A stretch of 64,000 nucleotides of DNA from an uncultured Gammaproteobacteria bacterium (GTDB taxonomy: Bacteria > Pseudomonadota > Gammaproteobacteria > CAWCPV01). Under the pieces are notes generated by a model that was not told the origin of the DNA, did not search any database, and was given only the letters and a program-made list of their open reading frames with translations. Numbering within the stretch: position 1 is the first letter of the stretch; each line of letters opens with the position of its first letter. Of the stretch, positions 57,107 to 64,000 are shown piece after piece. Both the position numbers and the translations under genes were made by a program. The stretch spans positions 72,102 through 136,101 of the forward strand of contig CAWCPV010000006.1 of NCBI GenBank assembly GCA_963797555.1, read 5' to 3'.

Positions 57107-58369
57107 ATGAACGAGTTTCCCGGTTATGAAGCGTCGCACGAAGAATTCATGAGGCTCTATTGCCGTTCGTTGCCGGAGGACCATCGGCGGCGCTACGCGG
57201 CGCTTGAGGCGTTGAAGATCGGTTTCGGCGGCATCGCCTACGTGTCGCGGGTCTTGGGCATGAGCCGGTGCACGATCTACACCGGGATTCGCGAGTTGGA
57301 GGAGATGCGCAACGACGATCCCGAACACCCGGGGCGTCCCAGTGGCGATGCCAAGCGCATCCGGCGGCCAGGCGGTGGTCGACCGAAGATCACCGAACGC
57401 CACGCGGGGCTGGAGGCGACGGTCGGCGACATTCTTGAAGCCCACAGCGCCGGCAGTCCGACCGACGAGACGGTACGTTGGACGGATCTGAAACCGCTGG
57501 AACTGGCGCAGGAACTGCTCCAACGTGGCTACGAGATCGGCCGCAACACGGCGGCGCAACTTTTGGAGCGGGCCGGCTATCGGCGTCGTTCCCTGCGCAA
57601 GGAGTTGATCACCGGACAGGTCGACCCGCGCGAGCGCGACCAACAGTTTCGTTATATCGATGCGTTGCCTCGTTTGGCCCGGCGCCGGGGCATCCCGGTG
57701 CTGTCTGCCGATACCAAGAAGAAGGAGCTGCTCGGCGCCCGGTATCGGCGTGGGCAATGCTACAGCAGCGCCGAGCAGTACGTGTACGATCACGATTTTC
57801 GTCACCTGGCCAGCGGTCTGTTGGTGCCCCATGGCGTTTACGACTACTTCGCCAACGTCGGCTTCCTGACGCTGGGCACCTCGCGGGAAACCAGTGCGTT
57901 CGTCTGCGAGGCCATCGCACTGGCGTGGGAGGAGGACCGCCGCGCCCATTACCCCGAGGCTGAGGAGATCCTGTTGCTCTGCGACGCCGGCGGCGCCAAC
58001 GCCGCGCGCTCCCATCGCTTCAAGGAAGACCTCGTGGCGCTCGCCAAGCGCTTGGGGCGTCGCCTGCGTATCGCGCACTACCCGCCTTATACTTCCAAGT
58101 GGAATCCCATTGAGCACCGCTTGTTCAGCCACGTCGAGCGACCCTGGCGCGCCGTCATCCTGGACTCACCCCAGACCGCACTGGAAACCGTAGAGCGTAC
58201 CCATACCAAAACTGGCTTGCGGGTTACCGCCCGTATTCTCGACACAAGCTACGCACTGGGGCGGAAGTGCTCCGATACATTCCACGCTATTAAAGACAAA
58301 TTTATTCGCCACGATGAAGTTCTCGGACAGTGGAACTATGTGGTGGATCCCAGCGGATCATTTTCATAA
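57107..58369 (+). CDS. ISAzo13-family transposase
   Basis: PEDHRRRYAALEALKIGFGGIAYVSRVLG...GGGRPK...SADTKKKELLG...YPPYTSKWNPIEHRLFS is the ISAzo13/Rhodopirellula-type DDE pattern. An in-frame GTG at 57095 is an alternative start. Confidence 0.8.
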   Translation: MNEFPGYEASHEEFMRLYCRSLPEDHRRRYAALEALKIGFGGIAYVSRVLGMSRCTIYTGIRELEEMRNDDPEHPGRPSGDAKRIRRPGGGRPKITERHAGLEATVGDILEAHSAGSPTDETVRWTDLKPLELAQELLQRGYEIGRNTAAQLLERAGYRRRSLRKELITGQVDPRERDQQFRYIDALPRLARRRGIPVLSADTKKKELLGARYRRGQCYSSAEQYVYDHDFRHLASGLLVPHGVYDYFANVGFLTLGTSRETSAFVCEAIALAWEEDRRAHYPEAEEILLLCDAGGANAARSHRFKEDLVALAKRLGRRLRIAHYPPYTSKWNPIEHRLFSHVERPWRAVILDSPQTALETVERTHTKTGLRVTARILDTSYALGRKCSDTFHAIKDKFIRHDEVLGQWNYVVDPSGSFS

Positions 58370-58884
58370 AATGTTTTACTTGTTTTTGCACCGTCACTTA
58401 ACCCGACGGTCCGGGGATCGGCGCGTTGCGCAAGGCCTGGACTTGCTGACACCTTCGGTGGGCGCGGGTACACCTCTCGGGCCGGCTTGCTTGGCTAGTA
58501 GGACCCGCGCGCTGCCGCCGTTCTGGCGTGGGCATGAAGGCCTTGAGCGAGTGTGTTCCGGTGTTCCTCGACACTCGCCCCCTGTATAGGGGGCGCGGGT
58601 GAGTCCTCTGTGCGTCATCGCGTCGGGAGGGCCGCTGGCATCCTCAAGGCACGAGCAAACCTGCGGCCGGGATCGGCACCGTCCCAAAGCGGTCGGCTAG
58701 GTTGTATGCAGCTCACCATGGGCCCCTCAGATGCCTGCCGCAGTATGCTCCGGATAAGATCAGCAAAGGTTCTCTAAGGGGGGTCGCGACGGCGGCGCAC
58801 TCGTTGACTTAAGCCGGTAGCGCCCCGCGCGCGTTCCTCCTATAGATCCCATCTAGTCATCCTGCCGAGCAGCCTGAACGTTCC

Positions 58885-59979
58885 GTGACCCCAGTGAAGA
58901 CGCTAGACTTCCCTCACTACTTGCAACTCATGACGCAGAGAGATGCCTCAGACCTGTTCTTCTCGGTCGGTGCGCCGGTTCACATCAAGGTCGAAGGAGT
59001 CATATCGGCGGCCAACGTCACACCGCTTCAGCCGGGGTCCGTGGAGCCACTGGCATTCTCCCTCATGGACGCTGAGCAGGTCGCGGCCTTCCGCGTGCGC
59101 CCCGAAACGAATCTCGCCTTCTCTTTCGGCACCCTGGGACGTTTTCGCGTAAACGTCTTCCGTCAGCGAGGCGAGGTCTCTATGGTCGTGCGGCGTCTGA
59201 AGCACGTCATCCCTTCCATCGAGGAACTGCGCCTGCCCCTGTTGCTAAAGGATCTCGCGACCGTGCGGCAGGGGCTGGTGTTGTTCGTGGGTCCCACGGG
59301 GTCCGGCAAGTCCACGAGCCTTGCCACCATGATCGACTATCGCAACGCCACCTCTGTCTCGCATATCCTGACCATCGAAGACCCCATCGAGTATGTGCAT
59401 TACCACAAGCGCTCCATCGTGGAGCAACGGGAGGTCGGGATCGACACCCTGTCATACGGGGATGCTTTGATGAACGCGATGCGCGAAGCACCCGACGTGA
59501 TCCTGATCGGCGAGATCCGCGAGCGGGAAACCGTGCAACACGCCGTCGCCTACGCAGAGACCGGACACCTCTGCCTCTCCACACTACACGCGAACAACGC
59601 CCAACAGGCGCTCCAACGCATCACCACGTTCTTTCCGGACGTTGCTCGTCAACAAGTGTTGCTGGATCTCTCGCTGAACCTGCAAGCGATCGTTTCCCAG
59701 CGACTGGTGCAGGGTGTTGACGGTAGGCGGGTACCCGCTGTGGAGATACTGCTCAACTCTCCATACGTCGCCGACCTGATACAGCGGGGTGGTTTCGCAG
59801 ATCTGAAAGGTGCCATGGAGCAAGCTCAGGCAGCCGATCGTGGCATGCAGACCTTCGACGAATCCTTGTACAGGTTGTTTCAGGTTGGATCGATCACCCG
59901 CGAGGAGGCGCTGCGCAATGCCGACTCCGCGACGAATGTTGGCCTCAGGATGCGCCTGGCAACCCCTCGCGGAGCATGA
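58885..59979 (+). CDS. pilU: PilT/PilU-family type IV pilus retraction ATPase
   Basis: Walker A GPTGSGKST, Asp box ILTIEDPIEY, Walker B DVILIGEIRE, His box LSTLHANNA. GTG start. Confidence 0.85.
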   Translation: MTPVKTLDFPHYLQLMTQRDASDLFFSVGAPVHIKVEGVISAANVTPLQPGSVEPLAFSLMDAEQVAAFRVRPETNLAFSFGTLGRFRVNVFRQRGEVSMVVRRLKHVIPSIEELRLPLLLKDLATVRQGLVLFVGPTGSGKSTSLATMIDYRNATSVSHILTIEDPIEYVHYHKRSIVEQREVGIDTLSYGDALMNAMREAPDVILIGEIRERETVQHAVAYAETGHLCLSTLHANNAQQALQRITTFFPDVARQQVLLDLSLNLQAIVSQRLVQGVDGRRVPAVEILLNSPYVADLIQRGGFADLKGAMEQAQAADRGMQTFDESLYRLFQVGSITREEALRNADSATNVGLRMRLATPRGA

Positions 59980-60282
59980 GACCGTCGGTGGCAAGTGCCT
60001 TCGCTTCTCTCACATGGCCACCTGCCGCGGCGGGACCTCACGGGGGCATGGGTGCAGTGCCAACGCGACGCCTTAGACTCCTCATCCGGGCAACTGGCGG
60101 AATTGAGCAGCGCCGAGTTCGGGACCTGTTGTCCCCTGTTGATTGATCGGCAGGTATATGTTTGACTAGACAGGGGTTCGCGCCGGAATTGTCGGCGACG
60201 AGAGGGTATAGCCTGGGTCTCTGAGCAGGGTAGCTCCCGCCAGACCCTCGCTGGCGGCGTGCGCGCTGTCCGGTTGGAGGCC

Positions 60283-61594
60283 ATGGAAAAGCTCATAGAT
60301 GCCAGGCTCCTCAGGCCTGGAGTGTTCGTGTCCAGGTTAGATCGCCCGTGGCTGGGCACACCCTTTCTGCTCCAAGGGTTCCTCATTGAGACCGAGCGGG
60401 AGGTCCAGGGAGCTCCGGCGGTACTGCCGGCACATCTACATCAATCCGGAGCGCGGACTCAACGTCGGGGACGCGCCAGAACCTAACGCGGCGGCCGAGC
60501 CGGCGGCAGTTGCCGGTGGGCTCCCTACTCCGTCCGCTGGGCACGTCGCCGCCGCGGCGGCGGGTGCGACGCCGGTTCCAACCGGCCAGTTCAAGACCGC
60601 AGTCGCCAAGCATCCGCCGTGGCCTTACCGGGCAAGCCTCGGGGAAGAGCTAGAACGCGCCCACGACCTATACCGTAACACGCGGACGCTGGTCACACAT
60701 TTGCTGGAGGATGCCCGGCTGGGTAAGAGCGTGGACGCCCCGGCGGTCCGCGAGATCGTCACGGACATCGCCGAGAGCGTCTTGCGCAATCCTAATGCGC
60801 TCACTCTCCTCACTCAGCTCCGGACCAAAACCGAATACGTTGCCACTCACTGCCTGAATGTCTGCATCTTTTCGTTGGTGTTCGGACGGCATCTGGGGAT
60901 CTCCAAGGCCGACCTTCACACTCTCGGGTTGGGAGCCCTGCTGCACGATGTAGGGTACGTGAAGATACCGCCGGAAGTGCGGGACAAGCCGGGCAGGTTG
61001 ACGGCAGAAGAGCTGGCACTGGTCAGGACTCATGTCGAGGAAGGCCTGCGCATCCTTCAAGAGGCGCGCGGCATCCCGTCAGCGGCCATCGAAATGGTGC
61101 GGAACCATCATGAACGCTACGATGGGAGCGGCTACCCCAGAGGGCTTAAAGCAGGGAACATCGGGCTGTTTGGCCTGATCTGCGCCCTCACCGACGTGTA
61201 TGACGCCGTAACCACCGACCGGGCATGGCGTTTGGGATTCACTCCCTACGATGCCTTGCGCAACATGTACCAACGGCGCCAGAGGGACTTCGACGAGACG
61301 CTGGTGTTGCGCTTCGTGCAGTGCATCGGGATATATCCCGTGGGAAGCCTCGTAGAGCTGAACAGCGGTGACGTGGGCATGGTCGTCGATTCCCATCCGC
61401 GCCATCGGCTGCTACCCAAGGTGCGGCTCCTACTCGGCCGAGACGGACAGCCCTACCAGAACGGGGTCACTGTGGACCTGCTCCACCAACAGGTTTCCTC
61501 AGCGGTGCAGGCACTCAGGATACGGGCTGCCGTCCATCGGGCACAGTATGGAATCAGCCCCGGCGACCTCCTCGCGGCTGGGCTGCACGGATAG
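60283..61594 (+). pseudogene. DUF3391 plus HD-GYP domain cyclic-di-GMP phosphodiesterase, frameshifted at a G3 run (60408-60410)
   Basis: MEKLIDARLLRPGVFVSRLDRPWLGTPFLLQGFLIETEREVQ, then one extra G, then ELRRYCRHIYINPERG... HD-GYP motifs HDVGY and HHERYDGSGYPRGL. Confidence 0.75.
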
Positions 61595-61665
61595 AGCGCA
61601 GCGTCGTGGGACAGGGTCACGTCGGTACTGCACTGGGTTGCCTGAGTGAACGACCTCGGCTACAC

Positions 61666-62805
61666 TCATCCGGACCCCTTGCGGACGGCCTGCAGGAAGG
61701 CGGTCCGCTGAGCCTCGGATGGCAGCTCGCCTGCAAGGCGCTGGTAGAGATCCTCTCGTTCTGAACTCTGTTTGGCTGCGCGCTTCACGAGGATCTTCGC
61801 CACCGGGCCCAGATAAAGCGCCAATACACCCTCCAAGGCCTTCAAGACTTCGCGGTCCCACCGCTCAGCCGCCTCCGGCGCTTCTCCCGATTCGACCGAC
61901 CCTTTGCCCGACTCCGGGCGTGCTTCCTCGCGCCCCGCACTGGATAGGAATGCCTGCCTGGCCCGCTCATCTGCGATGTCGCCGGACAGGAGCTTATACA
62001 ACTCCTCGATACTGTTGGTGCGCTGGGCCGTGCGCTTGACCAGCAGCTTGGCGAGGGGGCCGATGTGAGCTGCTAGGTCGCGCTCCGCCTTCTGGAGCAG
62101 GCTGGGGTCCCAGTCTGGCGGCGCGGCGGCGGACGCCGTGGACCCCGAGGTTGAGGCCGACGGCTGCAGCGGTGGGCGATCACGGTCCTGTACCCCTGGC
62201 CGAGGCTCGCCGACCGACACAACAGACGGCTGCGTCCCATGGCTTTCCGGGCTGACCGTCACCTCATAAACCGTATACTGACGAACGTGCTTATCTTTGC
62301 GTTCACCCTCGTAGCGGAACAGGGCCGCATATTCCTCCGACAAGCAGGAGAGGACCTCGTAGAAGGACCGGGAGACGAGGATCTGGTTCGGCGCCGCGAA
62401 GCTCATCACCCGTTGGGCCGCGTTGATGCCATCGCCGATGACGTTGATGCGCCCGTTCAGATCCTTCACCAGTTTGGCAGGCCCGAGGTTGATCCCCATG
62501 CGCAGGGCACACGGGGCTTTCCCCTGCTCATCCATCGTACGCAAGGCGTCACGCAGATTCAGCGCGGCGAACAGCGCGTCCTCGGGGTCCCCGGTGAAAC
62601 ACAGGGCGGCACCGTCACCCGTGTCCAGAATAATCCGATTGCTCTCTCCGACGTGCTCGATGGCAGCCGAGATCATCCGATTCAGATGGTCCTTGATCGC
62701 CATTTGCTCAGCGACCGACTGAGAGGAAAAGTTCACGACATCCAGGAACAGGACGCTACAGAGCCAAGTCCGATGTGCCGTGTCAGTCGAGTCCACCGGT
62801 GTCAC
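61666..62805 (-). CDS. Class III adenylate/guanylate cyclase with two C-terminal 60-aa repeats
   Basis: Cyclase core VLFLDVVNFSS...LDTGDGAALCF...GINLGP...IGDGINAAQR. The tail has two copies of WD..LL...E..LA..lGPlAKlLVKR.A.....e.LY..L.G......r.AFL. Confidence 0.8.
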   Translation of the reverse strand: MTPVDSTDTAHRTWLCSVLFLDVVNFSSQSVAEQMAIKDHLNRMISAAIEHVGESNRIILDTGDGAALCFTGDPEDALFAALNLRDALRTMDEQGKAPCALRMGINLGPAKLVKDLNGRINVIGDGINAAQRVMSFAAPNQILVSRSFYEVLSCLSEEYAALFRYEGERKDKHVRQYTVYEVTVSPESHGTQPSVVSVGEPRPGVQDRDRPPLQPSASTSGSTASAAAPPDWDPSLLQKAERDLAAHIGPLAKLLVKRTAQRTNSIEELYKLLSGDIADERARQAFLSSAGREEARPESGKGSVESGEAPEAAERWDREVLKALEGVLALYLGPVAKILVKRAAKQSSEREDLYQRLAGELPSEAQRTAFLQAVRKGSG

Positions 62806-62818
62806 CTGTAGGCGCGGG

Positions 62819-63691
62819 TCATCCTTCCACCATCTTCATCGCACGCTCCAGGCTCCGTCGCATACGATTGAAGGAGCCGGCGAGCACCGCTACCTGATCG
62901 CGCCCCTTCTCGGGGAGCTCGGGCATATCCATGTTCCCCATGCTGATCTGGTCCGCGAGATGGGACATTCGCGACAGGGGCCGGACGACCAGATGTCCAA
63001 GCAGCCAGTTCAGGGCGACGAAGATGACCGCAAAGATAGCGGCGACCGATCCCATAAACGTGTAGAATGCGGAATCCGCCCGCTGAATAGGGATAGCAGC
63101 CGGCAGGGAGACGATCTGTCCGCCGATGATTTCGTTCAGTTTCCAGCCGAAGCCGTTGGCTGAGCCGTAGAGCTTGATCATCGTCTCGGGTGCGTTTTCC
63201 GGGGTCGAATGGCAGGCAAGACACGCCCCGTCTTTGATCTGGATGGGACGGACCAGGTAGAGCGATGGGCCCGAGGGCGTCTCACGCTCGCCCACCAACT
63301 CGGTCTTCCCCGGAGTGTTCCGGAACTCGTTGATTAGATCCGCCTCCCAGTCGGTGGCTCTATCCCTCGGATTCGTGGCGTTGAGGGCCGCCTCCTTGTA
63401 CAAGTACTCAGGATATCTCTCCCTCAGTTTGTTGAAGGTCTCCGTGGCCGCATAGGACGGCACAGACTGCGGAAGGAAAGCGCGACGAAGCTGCATATCC
63501 AGCAGCGGCCGGATCTGCTTGACGGTATAGTTGCGCATCGCCAGTGCCGCCTCCATCATGACGCCGGCCTTCCTCAGAACGTCGTCGCGGGCGATATCCT
63601 GGAGCAGCCGGTAAGAAACCGCCCCGGTGGCCCCGAGTCCGAGGGCGCAGATCGCCAGCAACGTGAGGTTGAACTTAGTCCGCAGCCCCAT
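62819..63691 (-). CDS. DUF3365 (haem-c CxxCH) sensor domain, TM and HAMP protein
   Basis: N-terminal TM, periplasmic DUF3365-like region with CLACH, a second TM, and a HAMP-like LVVRPLSRMSHLADQISMGNMD... Sits directly upstream of the cyclase. Confidence 0.7.
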   Translation of the reverse strand: MGLRTKFNLTLLAICALGLGATGAVSYRLLQDIARDDVLRKAGVMMEAALAMRNYTVKQIRPLLDMQLRRAFLPQSVPSYAATETFNKLRERYPEYLYKEAALNATNPRDRATDWEADLINEFRNTPGKTELVGERETPSGPSLYLVRPIQIKDGACLACHSTPENAPETMIKLYGSANGFGWKLNEIIGGQIVSLPAAIPIQRADSAFYTFMGSVAAIFAVIFVALNWLLGHLVVRPLSRMSHLADQISMGNMDMPELPEKGRDQVAVLAGSFNRMRRSLERAMKMVEG

Positions 63692-63737
63692 CTATATGCC
63701 CTCCGTCGGGTTTCGTGCGTAGCGCACGGACGCGTCG

Positions 63738-64000
63738 TCAGGGATGGCACGCGCCCGTCATACCCTCGTAGGCCTTGGTGAAGCCTACCAGGCTGAAAAC
63801 GGCGCTATGGGTGCCGGTGACCGGCCAGGTGGGCCAGAACCTGAGCTGCGCCCGGACCACTCTGCCCTTCTCGAACTGCTGGACCAATTGTGGATACTCC
63901 TTAGAGAACCGGGCAGACTTGTCTTGGAACACGCTGTCCGTGGACACAAACTCGTTCCGGTCCACCTGCAGGCCAATGTCCGAAAAGCCGGGATCCAGCG
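63738..64000 (-). CDS. 3' part of a gene running off the window (unknown function)
   Basis: Open frame continues to the window edge (...DRNEFVSTDSVFQDKSARFSKEYPQLVQQFEKGRVVRAQLRFWPTWP...). Probably first in the operon with the sensor and cyclase. Confidence 0.35.
   Translation of the reverse strand, partial: LDPGFSDIGLQVDRNEFVSTDSVFQDKSARFSKEYPQLVQQFEKGRVVRAQLRFWPTWPVTGTHSAVFSLVGFTKAYEGMTGACHP

Overview
High-GC proteobacterial chromosome segment. TusA/DsrE2, LbpA-type lipoate assembly genes, PilU and BepA suggest a sulfur-oxidising lineage (inference). All family names come from motif recognition by eye; no searches were run.

Layout:
- 1-10.0 kb: one type I R-M operon (hsdM end, hsdS, hsdR) with AbiEi/AbiEii, a DUF262/DUF1524 GmrSD-like nuclease and a Fic protein embedded between the hsd genes. 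HsdR carries a C-terminal AlbA_2/Schlafen-like domain.
- 11-21 kb: an IS and gene-fragment graveyard with truncated ISL3, an unclassified IS, an IS1380 remnant holding a nested IS630, and integrase, IS66, RHS, patatin and hydrolase fragments. It is bounded by inverted paralogs of a 101-aa gene.
- 21-26 kb: housekeeping genes (cNMP-binding TrxR, zf-UBP, MFS, CaCA).
- 26-32 kb: LbpA / sLpl(AB) / LipS1 / LipS2 / LipT-type lipoate assembly cluster plus a DsrE-like gene, with no sHdr genes in the window.
- 33.9-34.1 kb: tRNA-Ala(CGC) and tRNA-Arg(CCT).
- 34-52 kb: a phage-satellite-like island (integrase, AlpA, AEP primase, DUF3987, DUF4326, Nu1-like TerS, capsid-like gene, FRG-domain gene) hit by three IS insertions whose junctions can be reconstructed to the base.
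- 52-64 kb: tusA-dsrE2, bepA, intact IS1380, ISAzo13, pilU, and an HD-GYP / class III cyclase / DUF3365-HAMP signalling group.

At least a dozen genes carry single-base frameshifts, several at short homopolymers. Indel errors in the assembly are a serious alternative to real pseudogenisation.
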